The notes under the pieces: model-generated
The model's input: the letters and a program-made list of their open reading frames with translations, nothing else
What the model was told of the DNA's origin: nothing
Database searches by the model: none
Shown: positions 1 to 9,839 of the stretch, piece by piece
How the letters are laid out: every line of letters starts with the position of its first letter
How positions within the stretch are numbered: position 1 is the first letter of the stretch
Made by a program: the position numbers and the translations under genes
DNA from: an uncultured bacterium
Lineage (GTDB): Bacteria; Bacillota_I; Bacilli_A; RFN20; CAG-826
Assembly: GCA_949283025.1 (NCBI GenBank)
Contig: CASDRB010000004.1
Coordinates: 24,522 to 88,521, forward strand
Length of the DNA: 64,000 nucleotides
Reading direction: 5' to 3'

Positions 1-581
1 TGATATTTTGATAATGTTTGCAGCCCGGCTAAAGATTTACCATGATTATCATACAATGGATAAGCAAGATAAGCTGAATGGAAATTAATAGCAAAAGTTT
101 CAGCGTAATTCGTCATTTGTTTTTGTATCATTTTTTGTTGATTTATATGATAAGCACGATCAGAATCGACATCCACTTCCTGAATGGCATAAAAATCGCT
201 ATCTAAATTTTTAATCGCTTCAATTGATCCTGTAGTATTTTTTAAAACATCGTCATAAGATAACCCTTTTGAATAATAACCCCAAGAGGAACTACCATCG
301 GCATTAATACCTTCATCTAAAAAGAAAGTAAATTGACTTGAATATGCGCCAAACCCAATGTTATAACAAGTAAAAGTTAATTCTTCATCAATGGGAACAA
401 TGCTTTTTTGATTATTTTCAATTTCTAAAATTTGATTGTCATCAATTCTATAATAAGTAGCAATCACATAAATAAGATAAGTGCTGATTGTTAAAATAAA
501 AACACCGACTAATGAACACAACACAATTAAACTAATTTTAATCGTTTTAAAAATTGTTTTTTTCTTTTCCATATTTTCCAT
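1..581 (-). CDS. Endonuclease/exonuclease/phosphatase (EEP) family protein with N-terminal membrane anchor; runs off the left edge
   Basis: Manual translation, not in the ORF track: M(ENM)EKKKTIFK..TM..FTCYNIGFGAY..FYAIQEVDVDSDR.. matches EEP motifs (xNi, QEVD). Start at ATG 581 or 572. Confidence 0.8.
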   Translation of the reverse strand, partial: MENMEKKKTIFKTIKISLIVLCSLVGVFILTISTYLIYVIATYYRIDDNQILEIENNQKSIVPIDEELTFTCYNIGFGAYSSQFTFFLDEGINADGSSSWGYYSKGLSYDDVLKNTTGSIEAIKNLDSDFYAIQEVDVDSDRAYHINQQKMIQKQMTNYAETFAINFHSAYLAYPLYDNHGKSLAGLQTLSKY

Positions 582-645
582 AATTACTTAATTATTTTAA
601 TTTTTTATTGTCGCTTTTTCAATGATGTATCTATATTATCTATAT

Positions 646-674
646 TTGACACATATATTAAAAAGTGTGATAAT
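646..674 (+). promoter_or_regulatory. Sigma-A type promoter upstream of mscS
   Basis: TTGACA-17 nt-GATAAT. Confidence 0.5.
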
Positions 675-794
675 AAAATTAATATGAAATTGATTCGTAT
701 AAAATCATTAATTCATCAATTTTAATATGATGCATTTTTTATTTTGGCTTATGAATTATGAACATATATATTGAGATATTTTAAGGAGTTTAAA

Positions 795-1820
795 ATGGAA
801 AAGAAGAAGTTCAACATTAAAAAAATTATCTGGGTTTCAATTTTAGCAATCATATCGATCGCTTATATTTTATTTTTGTCTTTGGGTTGGTTTAAAATCC
901 AGTCTAATGAGATTTATGAAGGATTAAATATTTTCTTAAAAGTTGAAAGAAATGATCCAACATTTATTATTTTAAGAATTGTATCAGCAACAATATTAAT
1001 GTTGATGATTTCAGTATTTTTAAGAATGATAATCGATTTTATTTCTCGATTTTTTAAAAAACATCGCGCCTTTTTAAATTTGCTTTCAAGTTTTATTAAA
1101 TATCTTTCAATAATTATTTGGATTTTCTTGGTTTTATCTATAGCGGGCGTTGACACAACTACTTTATTAGCCGGAGCCGGAATATTATCTTTAATTGTTG
1201 GGCTTGGTGCTCAACCGCTCATAGAAGATATCATCGCTGGTTTATTTATTGTTTTTGAAGACGTTTTTGATGTAGGCGACATTATTGTTGTCGATGGTTT
1301 TAGAGGGACAGTAAAAGAAATGGGTATTCGTACCACTAAAATTGTTGATGCAGGTGGAGACATTAAAATTGTTAATAACTCTGATATCCGCACCCTCATC
1401 AATATGACTTCTGAATTGTCATTAGCTATTTGCGATATTGATATAGAATATAGCGAATCAATTGAACATGTTGAATCAATTATTAATGCCAATATGGAAA
1501 AACTTAAAAAGTCAAATAAACATATTGTTCAAATTTATTATTTAGGCGTGCAACAATTAGGCTCTAGTGGTGTTACGCTACGCTTTACAGCCGATTGTAA
1601 TGAAACATTTAAATTCCAAGTTCAAAGAGATTTAAATAGAGCTTTAAAATTATTGTTTGATGCTAATAATATCAACATTCCATTCACACAAGTTGTTTTA
1701 CATCAAGCTGAAAAGCATGCAAAAACTCCTTTGCCTCAAGAAGTTGCTGATGCCAAAAAATTTAGCGAAAAGCAAAAAGAAATATCGCTCGGCAAAGATG
1801 GCGAAGTTGAAAATCAGTAA
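795..1820 (+). CDS. mscS: Small-conductance mechanosensitive channel (MscS family)
   Basis: N-terminal TMs, GLGAQxLIxDIIAG, F.VGD.I, G.V..MG.R.T, C-terminal IPF. AGGAG RBS before ATG 795. Confidence 0.9.
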   Translation: MEKKKFNIKKIIWVSILAIISIAYILFLSLGWFKIQSNEIYEGLNIFLKVERNDPTFIILRIVSATILMLMISVFLRMIIDFISRFFKKHRAFLNLLSSFIKYLSIIIWIFLVLSIAGVDTTTLLAGAGILSLIVGLGAQPLIEDIIAGLFIVFEDVFDVGDIIVVDGFRGTVKEMGIRTTKIVDAGGDIKIVNNSDIRTLINMTSELSLAICDIDIEYSESIEHVESIINANMEKLKKSNKHIVQIYYLGVQQLGSSGVTLRFTADCNETFKFQVQRDLNRALKLLFDANNINIPFTQVVLHQAEKHAKTPLPQEVADAKKFSEKQKEISLGKDGEVENQ

Positions 1821-2212
1821 TGGATAAAATATCAAAAGTCATTTTATCTAATATGTGCATGGTTTACGACCATGATCGAATTTTAGTAGTAGACCGCTAT
1901 AAAAGTGATTGGCCCGGTCTTTCTTTTCCTGGCGGCCATGTTGAAAATAATGAAACATTAATCGATAGTGTTATTCGAGAAATTAAAGAAGAGACTGGTT
2001 TAACAATTATTAATCCAGTTTTGTGCGATGTTATCGAATGGGATTGGGGCAATAATGTTCGCTATTTGGCTTTTTTATATAAAACAAATCAATTTCAAGG
2101 TCAATTAATATCTTCCAATGAAGGAAAAGTTTTTTGGATAAATAAAAAAGATATAAGTAAGTATCAATTATCGACCGATTTTGAAAAAATATATAATTTG
2201 ATTAACAAATAA
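1820..2212 (+). CDS. NUDIX hydrolase (MutT-like)
   Basis: Nudix box GGHVENNETLIDSVIREIKEETGL. Confidence 0.9.
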   Translation: MDKISKVILSNMCMVYDHDRILVVDRYKSDWPGLSFPGGHVENNETLIDSVIREIKEETGLTIINPVLCDVIEWDWGNNVRYLAFLYKTNQFQGQLISSNEGKVFWINKKDISKYQLSTDFEKIYNLINK

Positions 2213-2242
2213 ATTGGAATTTTTGGTATTATTTTAAATATT

Positions 2243-2282
2243 TTCCAATAAAAACGATGTTTAATTTGTTATATAGGTGAAA
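2243..2282 (+). promoter_or_regulatory. Putative ECF-sigma-dependent (autoregulatory) promoter, copy 1
   Basis: TTCCAATAAAA-N11-TTTGTTATATAGGTGAAA, repeated with identical spacing at 3864-3903. Confidence 0.6.
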
Positions 2283-2287
2283 AGACT

Positions 2288-2815
2288 ATGGATGTTAAAA
2301 ATAGATTGACTGAATTGTTGATTCGACTACAACATGAAGAAATAGACGCGTTTGATGAATTATATTCTTTAACAAAAAAAGGTGTCTATATATCGATTTT
2401 GCTCATCATAAAAAACGAGCATACTGTCGAGGATATTATGCAAGAGACATACATTGATTTTTTAAATCATAAAAATAAATTAAAACATGATATAGATGTT
2501 TATGGATATTTAGTCCAATCAGCCAAAAATAAGGCAATCAATTATTGGAACAAAAATAAATATGAACATGAATATGTCCTGAGTAATTATCAAGATGAAT
2601 CTTATCGTTTAGATAAAATTATTGATAGTGGTTTAATTCAAAAAATTCAAAACAGTCTAAACCCCAAAGAATATGAAATATTCATGCTTAAAGTGTTGGG
2701 AGATTATTCATTTAAAGAAATATCGAAGTTAAAAAAAGTTCCGATTGGAACATGCACATGGCTCTATCAAGAAGCTAGAAAAAAATTGCAAGATAAATTA
2801 GGAGGTATCTATTGA
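2288..2815 (+). CDS. ECF (sigma-70 group 4) RNA polymerase sigma factor
   Basis: AFDELY..EDIMQETY..AKNKAINY (region 2) and L..KE..IF.L.....YSFKEIS....VPIGT....ARKKL (region 4). Confidence 0.9.
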   Translation: MDVKNRLTELLIRLQHEEIDAFDELYSLTKKGVYISILLIIKNEHTVEDIMQETYIDFLNHKNKLKHDIDVYGYLVQSAKNKAINYWNKNKYEHEYVLSNYQDESYRLDKIIDSGLIQKIQNSLNPKEYEIFMLKVLGDYSFKEISKLKKVPIGTCTWLYQEARKKLQDKLGGIY

Positions 2816-3858
2816 TGTTAGACGACAAAAATATTCGAGAATCCATCATTTCTAAAATTGATGAAAATCAAATTCCTGATTTAAGCCAGGCAATTAAACA
2901 ACAATATTTAAAACAAAAAAGTCATAAAGCCACTCCTTGGTATAAAAAACCGTTGTTTTATGGTGTGGGAACGCCAATTTTAGCATGTGGCATCATCGCT
3001 TGCATTGTGATTCCTAATGCTATCGCTAATCATAAAACTAGTGGTGAACCACCTATAATTAATGTTGGAAAACGGCAAGAAGAAATAGCTTTTGGCATCT
3101 TTTCAATCAATAACATTATTTCGAATAATAATCATTTGTCTTTAAATATAAAATCAAAGATTAATGTAGATCAATTTAAACAACAAATTGATATTTTAAA
3201 TCCGTACATGCTTACTAGTGAAGCAATGTTGAACAATGATTTTATTGTCGTACCTGAAGTTTTTATTTCCGAGGATTTAAATTACCAATATGTCATGCAA
3301 ATCAATAATGAGTTTGGTCAAGTTGAATTTTACTATAACGAAACTTTTTTAAATTCTGATGACGATGAAGAAGAATACACCATTGACGGGATATTTATAA
3401 AAGATGGTACCACCTATCAGGTCGAAGGGGAAAAATCGCTTGAAAATGATGTTGATGAAAAAGAGGCCGAATTGGAATTAAAAGCTTATTTAAATAGCAG
3501 CAAAGACTCTTATATTTTGATCGAGCAAGAAATTGAAAGCGAAGTCGACGAATACGAACAAAAATATTTATATAGTATCGTCGAGTCTGGTGTCGCTTAT
3601 CGATATGTAGAAATAGGTTTTGAACACGAGATAAACGAAGAAAAGGTAGTGGAAATTAAAACTTACAATTCTGATATTTCTAATTTAGAAAGTGAGTATA
3701 AAATAACAAACGATGGCAAAGATTTTATTTGTGAATACAAAATGTTAGATAGCGAAGGCATAATTAACATTTCCATAATCGATAATCAAGATGGTGGCAC
3801 ATCCTATTTATACGAAGAAAAAATGCTTGATTTTTCTTACATATTAAAAAGAAATTAA
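2812..3858 (+). CDS. Putative anti-sigma factor: short cytoplasmic N-terminus, single TM, acidic extracellular domain
   Basis: Overlaps the sigma stop codon. One hydrophobic segment at about aa 48-72. Extracellular part is paralogous to the next gene. Confidence 0.6.
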   Translation: MMLDDKNIRESIISKIDENQIPDLSQAIKQQYLKQKSHKATPWYKKPLFYGVGTPILACGIIACIVIPNAIANHKTSGEPPIINVGKRQEEIAFGIFSINNIISNNNHLSLNIKSKINVDQFKQQIDILNPYMLTSEAMLNNDFIVVPEVFISEDLNYQYVMQINNEFGQVEFYYNETFLNSDDDEEEYTIDGIFIKDGTTYQVEGEKSLENDVDEKEAELELKAYLNSSKDSYILIEQEIESEVDEYEQKYLYSIVESGVAYRYVEIGFEHEINEEKVVEIKTYNSDISNLESEYKITNDGKDFICEYKMLDSEGIINISIIDNQDGGTSYLYEEKMLDFSYILKRN

Positions 3859-3863
3859 AAAAA

Positions 3864-3903
3864 TTCCAATAAAATATTAAATATGTTTGTTGTATAAGTG
3901 AAA
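3864..3903 (+). promoter_or_regulatory. Putative ECF-sigma-dependent promoter, copy 2
   Basis: TTCCAATAAAA-N11-TTTGTTGTATAAGTGAAA. Confidence 0.6.
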
Positions 3904-3918
3904 GGCGGTAAAAACCAC

Positions 3919-4764
3919 ATGAAAACAACAAAAATTTTAATCCCATTATTTGCAGTTATGTTATTAAGCGGCTGCGCTACCACACATGAAAATAGCAATT
4001 TTCCACTTGACTCTGCGTCTAATTCCCACGATGTTTATGCATTTGAAGCAGCAACCTCAGTCGGATTATTAAACGATGCTTTAAACGATACTAATTTAAA
4101 AGCTAAGATGTCAAAAAAAGAATTGACACCAGATGTTATTGATGAAATAGCTAGTTATTTACCATCCATTGAAGCAGCATTAACCGGTGTTGATAGTCTT
4201 GTTACTTCGATAAGCGCGGAAAGCGATTTAGCTGAATACGAGGCGATGATGACAGTTACTTATCAAGACATTAATTCAATTAAAAATACATTTGTTATGT
4301 ATTATAATGAGACAATTTTAAATGATGATGATCACGACGAAGACGAGCAAGAGTCTTACATTGAGGGAATTATTAAAATCGATGATCAAATATACCAAAT
4401 GAGAGGCGAAAAAGAAATTGAACAAGATGAATTTGAAATTTCTTTCACTTATCGTTTAGACGAACAAACCTATGTTATTGTTGAACAAGAAATTGAAGGC
4501 GAAAAAACAGAATTTCAATACGAAATTGTTAAAAATGGCGAATCGATTTATGAATACTCATTAGAAGTAAAACGCCACTCAGTTGAATTAGAAGTTGAAA
4601 ATCAAACCATCGGCGAAAAAGAAATGGAATTCTATTTGTTTGAAAAAGATGGAAAAACTTTAATAAAGGCTGAAGTCGAAGACAATGAACAAGAATACGA
4701 AATACTATTTGAGAAGGTTATTGACGTTGAAACAGGAAATGTCAATTACATTGTCATTAACTAA
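3919..4764 (+). CDS. Acidic lipoprotein of unknown function, paralogue of the upstream anti-sigma extracellular domain
   Basis: Lipobox LLSGC. Shared motifs YYNET.LN.DD, G.....Y...GEK, Y...EQEIE. Confidence 0.75.
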   Translation: MKTTKILIPLFAVMLLSGCATTHENSNFPLDSASNSHDVYAFEAATSVGLLNDALNDTNLKAKMSKKELTPDVIDEIASYLPSIEAALTGVDSLVTSISAESDLAEYEAMMTVTYQDINSIKNTFVMYYNETILNDDDHDEDEQESYIEGIIKIDDQIYQMRGEKEIEQDEFEISFTYRLDEQTYVIVEQEIEGEKTEFQYEIVKNGESIYEYSLEVKRHSVELEVENQTIGEKEMEFYLFEKDGKTLIKAEVEDNEQEYEILFEKVIDVETGNVNYIVIN

Positions 4765-4775
4765 AATTACAAATT

Positions 4776-4797
4776 GACCCTTTTGGGTCTTTTTTTT
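4776..4797 (+). terminator. Rho-independent terminator
   Basis: GACCC-TTTT-GGGTC followed by T8. Confidence 0.75.
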
Positions 4798-4844
4798 ATG
4801 GCTTTATATTTGCTTATTTTATATAATGGTAAAGAAGTATTATT

Positions 4845-6302
4845 ATGAAAAGTTTTAAATTATCAGTATTGCTGTTCATTTTGTTGTTAAGTGCGTGTCA
4901 ATCGCCAATATCTAGTTCTAATACAGTTGATAGTAGTTTTCAAACTTCTACAAGCTCAATTGATGAATTTGAAAACTTGTACGATGAATTATACTATCCA
5001 ACTTCGCAAGTTGAAATATACTTAAATTTTACAAATGAATCTATTTATAAACTAGCTAAATATTCTAGCGATGAAGTAAAAAAAGAAATGTATCATCCTT
5101 GCGATATTGTTTTTGTATTAAATCAAAAGAAATATGAATATTTAGAGGCCGGTGTAAGGATGAAAGGCAACACCAGCCGCAACGAGAATTTTGTGGACTC
5201 AAGCGGGCATATTTTGGGTTTGGTTCACTTTAAGATTTCTTTAAAAGAAACATTTGATGATGTTGAAGATAATGATTATTATATTCGTTCATGGGAAAAT
5301 GACGATGCTAGAAAGCAAAGAAAGGATCGCCAATTTGCTAATCAACAAAAACTTGATTTGAAATGGAATAAAAGTGAAGATAAAACATTTACCAAGCAAA
5401 TTTATGCTTATCATGCTTTTGAAAGCGAAGGCTTAATGGCGTCTAAAGTTCAGTTAGTTCAAGTTCATTTGCAAACTCAATCAGATTCAAAAACATATTT
5501 ATGCCAACTTCAAGAAACTATCGATAAAGATTTTTTAACGAAAAGATTAGCAAAAGAAAGTTCAAAAGGAAACTTATATAAGTCTACATACACTGATATG
5601 GGTCCTGCTTCTTTAAGTCAAGAAAGCGTTTCATCAATTGGTGTTGAAGGTCCTAATTACCATCCTTCTTACGATTTAAAAACAAATGATAAAGAAGATG
5701 AAATCGACCATTCTTTGTTAACAAATTTAATTAATGTGGTCAATCAAAATACTTCAAATAGTGATAGTTTTAAACTTATCATTGATGAATTAATTGATGT
5801 TGATTCAATATTAAAATATCAAGCATTATGCTGGGTAATTGGCAATCCAGACGATTCTAGAAATAATTCGAACAATTATTACATTTATTTTAATTCGTCT
5901 AATGATAAAGCTTGCTTCATTCCATATGATTTTGATCGATGTTTTGGCATTTTAAAAGACTGGGAAGTTCATATGGAAGACATCCCGTTGTATACAACAA
6001 AACAAAATCTAGGATATGAAAGAGTTTGGCAACCTAATCCATTGCTTTGGCGATTAATTATTAATACAGACGACTCATCTGTTGATTATTCGATTAAATG
6101 GCCAGTTATTAAATCGTATCAAGATTTATATGTGAAATATTGTCTTGAATATGGCCAAAAATATCTAGACGCAGCCAAATTTGAGCAATTTAGCAATCAA
6201 TTTTATTTTGCCAATAAAGATTATGAAGACGGTGGAGCAAATAATTTATCTTTTAAAAATTATGCTACAATAAAATTATCAACTTTAGATCCTTATCTTT
6301 GA
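4845..6302 (+). CDS. CotH kinase family lipoprotein
   Basis: Lipobox LLSAC. GVRMKGNTS, GNLYK, GNPDD..NNSNNYYIY, FIPYDFDRCFG are CotH-type motifs. Confidence 0.8.
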   Translation: MKSFKLSVLLFILLLSACQSPISSSNTVDSSFQTSTSSIDEFENLYDELYYPTSQVEIYLNFTNESIYKLAKYSSDEVKKEMYHPCDIVFVLNQKKYEYLEAGVRMKGNTSRNENFVDSSGHILGLVHFKISLKETFDDVEDNDYYIRSWENDDARKQRKDRQFANQQKLDLKWNKSEDKTFTKQIYAYHAFESEGLMASKVQLVQVHLQTQSDSKTYLCQLQETIDKDFLTKRLAKESSKGNLYKSTYTDMGPASLSQESVSSIGVEGPNYHPSYDLKTNDKEDEIDHSLLTNLINVVNQNTSNSDSFKLIIDELIDVDSILKYQALCWVIGNPDDSRNNSNNYYIYFNSSNDKACFIPYDFDRCFGILKDWEVHMEDIPLYTTKQNLGYERVWQPNPLLWRLIINTDDSSVDYSIKWPVIKSYQDLYVKYCLEYGQKYLDAAKFEQFSNQFYFANKDYEDGGANNLSFKNYATIKLSTLDPYL

Positions 6303-6328
6303 TGAATTAATAAATTTAAGAGGTGCTT

Positions 6329-7897
6329 ATGAAAAAACAAAATGCTTTATTAACATTACTTTTTATCCCTTTATTGTTGGCCGGATGTAATCCGATAACT
6401 ACAATCACAACGAGTGAAAGTGAATCTAGTTTTGAAACAAGCAGTGATGTTATTACTTCCACATCGCTTCCTAAAGAAACCATTGATGGCATGCTTGATT
6501 TTTGGGTTATCAATGACTATCATGGACGGATTGTTGCTAATGAATCTTTAAACGAACCTGGATTAGCAAAATTGGCTACTTTTTTGCATTATAAAGAAGC
6601 TGAAAATTATGGAAATTTTGTCTTTTTAAGTTCTGGAGATACATTTCAAGATACATATGACTCCGGCACCAATCAAGGAGAATTAATTGCTAAAACATTG
6701 CCGATGCTTAATTGCGAAGCTATGGCGGTAGGCAATCATGAATTTGATTGGGGAATCGATATTTTAAAAAGAAATGCCGAATTTGCAGGGGATTGTGCTT
6801 TTTTGGGCGCAAATGTCTATCATTATGATGAAGAAAATAATACCGTTAGTGATTTTGCTTCTGAATTAGTCGATAAGTATAAAGTTATTGAAAGAAATGG
6901 TGTAAAAATCGGTATTATTGGCATAATCGGTGAGGACCAAATCACATCAATTACTTCTACAATTTGGGAAGGTTATACATTTGTTGAGCCGACCGAAATT
7001 GTCAAACAATGTTCAGATGAATTAAGAATTGATTATGGTTGTGATGTCGTTGTTGTTAATGCACATGCATCATATAGCGATTTAGGATATCAATTTGTCA
7101 ATGGCGTTACTAGCGTTTCACAAAATAGCAATGAAAGATATGTAGATGCTGTTTTTACTGCTCATTCACATGGATTTGATTTTAAAACTAGCAATGGTGT
7201 TCCTTTTATTCAAAGTGGAAGTCATGGTGAATATATTTCTCATGTTAGATTAGATGTTAGTGAAGAAACTCCAAAATTAGAGACAATGGAATCGGTGTTT
7301 ATTGGCAATAATTATACAGAAGATGCCCAAATAAAATCTTTTATTGACACTTATTTTGATGAAGATTTTTATCGCGTTAAAAATGAAGTTATTGGCACGA
7401 TTGAAGGTGCTACTTATCTAACTTCTACAATGTCAGGTAGAATGTTAGCGTGGATGTCATATGAATTGATGAAAGACGATGTTTCAAATATCGTTGTAGT
7501 TATCAATAATGGTGGTCGTTCTTCGATAAATTTATCTGAGGATGGAGAAATAACTAGAGGCCTTATTTTTGATGCATTACCATTTCAAAATAAAACATAT
7601 GTGACACAAGTTAAAGGTGCAGATATATTAAGAAATACTTCTAGTTATCCATATTATGCACCTAATCCAATCACTATCAATAGTGATGAATATTATACAG
7701 TCGCTTGCATTGACTATGTTTTATTCCATAAAGACTCAAATCGCAACTATGATAAGTTTCCTTCTTTTAACGGAGAATATTCATATGTGGAAGAAAGAGT
7801 ATCATCTACATTGATAGAAGATTATTTTGCTATAAATCCAATTATTTCTTTTGAAGATTTATCTAGCCAACCAGGCTTTAATAATATTAGTAGGTAA
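6329..7897 (+). CDS. 5'-nucleotidase / 2',3'-cyclic phosphodiesterase family lipoprotein
   Basis: Lipobox LLAGC. NDYHG, SSGD, GNHEFDWG, AHSH metallophosphoesterase motifs. C-terminal NNGGR..LPF.N domain. Confidence 0.88.
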   Translation: MKKQNALLTLLFIPLLLAGCNPITTITTSESESSFETSSDVITSTSLPKETIDGMLDFWVINDYHGRIVANESLNEPGLAKLATFLHYKEAENYGNFVFLSSGDTFQDTYDSGTNQGELIAKTLPMLNCEAMAVGNHEFDWGIDILKRNAEFAGDCAFLGANVYHYDEENNTVSDFASELVDKYKVIERNGVKIGIIGIIGEDQITSITSTIWEGYTFVEPTEIVKQCSDELRIDYGCDVVVVNAHASYSDLGYQFVNGVTSVSQNSNERYVDAVFTAHSHGFDFKTSNGVPFIQSGSHGEYISHVRLDVSEETPKLETMESVFIGNNYTEDAQIKSFIDTYFDEDFYRVKNEVIGTIEGATYLTSTMSGRMLAWMSYELMKDDVSNIVVVINNGGRSSINLSEDGEITRGLIFDALPFQNKTYVTQVKGADILRNTSSYPYYAPNPITINSDEYYTVACIDYVLFHKDSNRNYDKFPSFNGEYSYVEERVSSTLIEDYFAINPIISFEDLSSQPGFNNISR

Positions 7898-7901
7898 AAA
7901 A

Positions 7902-9218
7902 ATGAAAACTGTTAAAAAAATTATTCTTTTAATCAGTACTATTTCTTTAATTGGTTGTGCAAACAGCTCTTCAAAAAGCAGTATTACAACTAGTTCGAGT
8001 AGTGTCGATAACAGTTCTACATCGATAGGGGTTAGCGATAGCCAAGATGATACATCAATCTCAAGTTCAAGCGAAGAAAAAAACATTATTTATTTTAATG
8101 ATCCAAATCAAAACGCAATTGAAACAACAGTATCGGATTTAATCAATCGCAAGAGCGTTGACGGTTTGTTATATCGCTTATCAGGCGTGATGCAGTTTGT
8201 GCAAGAAACGACTTATGGTAGTTTTGAATTTAGTGATGAAACTGGTTCAATTTTGGTCTATGGTTTATCGAAAAATAGCAGTTGCATTACTTTTAATGGT
8301 TCAACATATTCATATCGAAACGCTAAAAATTTTTCATCCACTGGTTTAGCTGGTGGCGATGAAGTGATAATTGAATGCGTCTATGATATTTATACTTATG
8401 AGTCATCTGGATATTCTTTTGTGGAAATTATGGGTTATCCTGTTCAAGCCATCGACAACGGATATGATGATATTATTTCTAAAGCATATCAAGAAAACGA
8501 TTTATATCAAGGCAATTACTACGATGGTATTGGAAATGTAGTAGGAAAACAGTTAGGATTACAACTTCACAATTTAATGATGTCTACTCACAAAACCTAT
8601 ACTTCGTATAGTTCATTAAAAAATCATTTTAAATCAAGTGACACTCATGGGCATTCCACACCATATTGTTTTTATTCTAATCGGTCGATATCTTCTTTAA
8701 ATAGAGAACATATTTGGCCAAAATCTCTTTCTAATGATGTTTTTGATGAATTTTATGCTGGCGCAGATATTCATCACTTACGGGCGACTGAATCAAATAT
8801 TAATTCAATTCGCGGTAATGCAAGATTTGCTCCAATGTTTTATCATGAGTCTTTAAATATTATCACTTATAATGGTGGTACTAATAATTATTATGGGGCT
8901 AGATCTGCATATGCATGCTTTGAACCTGCCGATGAAATAAAAGGGGATGTAGCACGCATCATTGCTTATGTATATGTCCATTATACGACCACTTTTGGAG
9001 GCACGACAAAACAAGGCGTGACAGGAGAGTTATTTTTAAGTGATGTTTTAGGTGTTCCTGAAACCGAAGTAAATGATTTATTGTGCTTATGGAATTCTAT
9101 TGATCCAGTCGATCAATATGAGATGGAAAGAAATGAATATGCATTCAGTGTTCAAGGGAATCGAAACCCATTCATTGATAAGCCTTCCTACATTGATTAT
9201 TTATTTGGCAATCTTTAA
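7902..9218 (+). CDS. Endonuclease I (His-Me finger, Bsn/EndA-like) lipoprotein with Ser-rich linker and probable OB-fold
   Basis: Lipobox LIGC. NREHIWPKS, DIHHL, NSIRGN, KGDVAR, ERN, QGNRNPFID. Confidence 0.88.
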   Translation: MKTVKKIILLISTISLIGCANSSSKSSITTSSSSVDNSSTSIGVSDSQDDTSISSSSEEKNIIYFNDPNQNAIETTVSDLINRKSVDGLLYRLSGVMQFVQETTYGSFEFSDETGSILVYGLSKNSSCITFNGSTYSYRNAKNFSSTGLAGGDEVIIECVYDIYTYESSGYSFVEIMGYPVQAIDNGYDDIISKAYQENDLYQGNYYDGIGNVVGKQLGLQLHNLMMSTHKTYTSYSSLKNHFKSSDTHGHSTPYCFYSNRSISSLNREHIWPKSLSNDVFDEFYAGADIHHLRATESNINSIRGNARFAPMFYHESLNIITYNGGTNNYYGARSAYACFEPADEIKGDVARIIAYVYVHYTTTFGGTTKQGVTGELFLSDVLGVPETEVNDLLCLWNSIDPVDQYEMERNEYAFSVQGNRNPFIDKPSYIDYLFGNL

Positions 9219-9839
9219 TTAAATTGATAATTTTTTGATTTTATTGACGACAACTTCAACTTGCTTTTGATTCAATCCATCGTTTTGATTGTTGATAAAA
9301 ATGTGATTAGCATTATTTTTAGTAGGTTCTATATAAATATTATGCATGGGGGCGACGGTTTTTTTAAACTGTTTTAAAACACTTTCTTTTGTCCGCCCTC
9401 TTTCGTTAATATCGCGGATAATACGACGATTTAAACGAATATTTTGGTCGGCGTCAACATATATAGTTAAATCAGCAATATTTAATAACTCTTGATAATA
9501 CAAAGCAAAAATGCCATCGACGATAATATATCGACATGGCTTGATATGTATAGAATTAATCGATCTTAAATGATTGGCAAAATCATAAATCGGAATATCA
9601 ATTTCCATTCCGCTTTTTAATTGTTTAATGCATTTAATCATCAATGATGAATCGATTGAATCTGGATGATCATAATTTACTTTTGTTCGTTCCTCAAAAG
9701 ATAATTGAGGGTTATTTTTATAAAAATTGTCAATGTTGATAACGCAGACACATTCATCTAATTCTTTTTTTATGTATTGTGTTAATAGCGTTTTCCCTGA
9801 TGCAGAGCCACCGCCTATTAAAATAACATATGATTTCAT
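9219..9839 (-). CDS. udk: Uridine kinase
   Basis: GGSASGKT, DNFYK, NYDHPDS, PIYDF, RRIIRDINERGR. Confidence 0.93.
   Translation of the reverse strand: MKSYVILIGGGSASGKTLLTQYIKKELDECVCVINIDNFYKNNPQLSFEERTKVNYDHPDSIDSSLMIKCIKQLKSGMEIDIPIYDFANHLRSINSIHIKPCRYIIVDGIFALYYQELLNIADLTIYVDADQNIRLNRRIIRDINERGRTKESVLKQFKKTVAPMHNIYIEPTKNNANHIFINNQNDGLNQKQVEVVVNKIKKLSI

Noticed and set aside
684-745. 13-codon ORF MKLIRIKSLIHQF with a weak hairpin and T-run before mscS, as a leader peptide attenuator
   Set aside because: The stem is weak and AT-rich, has no tell-tale codon run, and is expected by chance.
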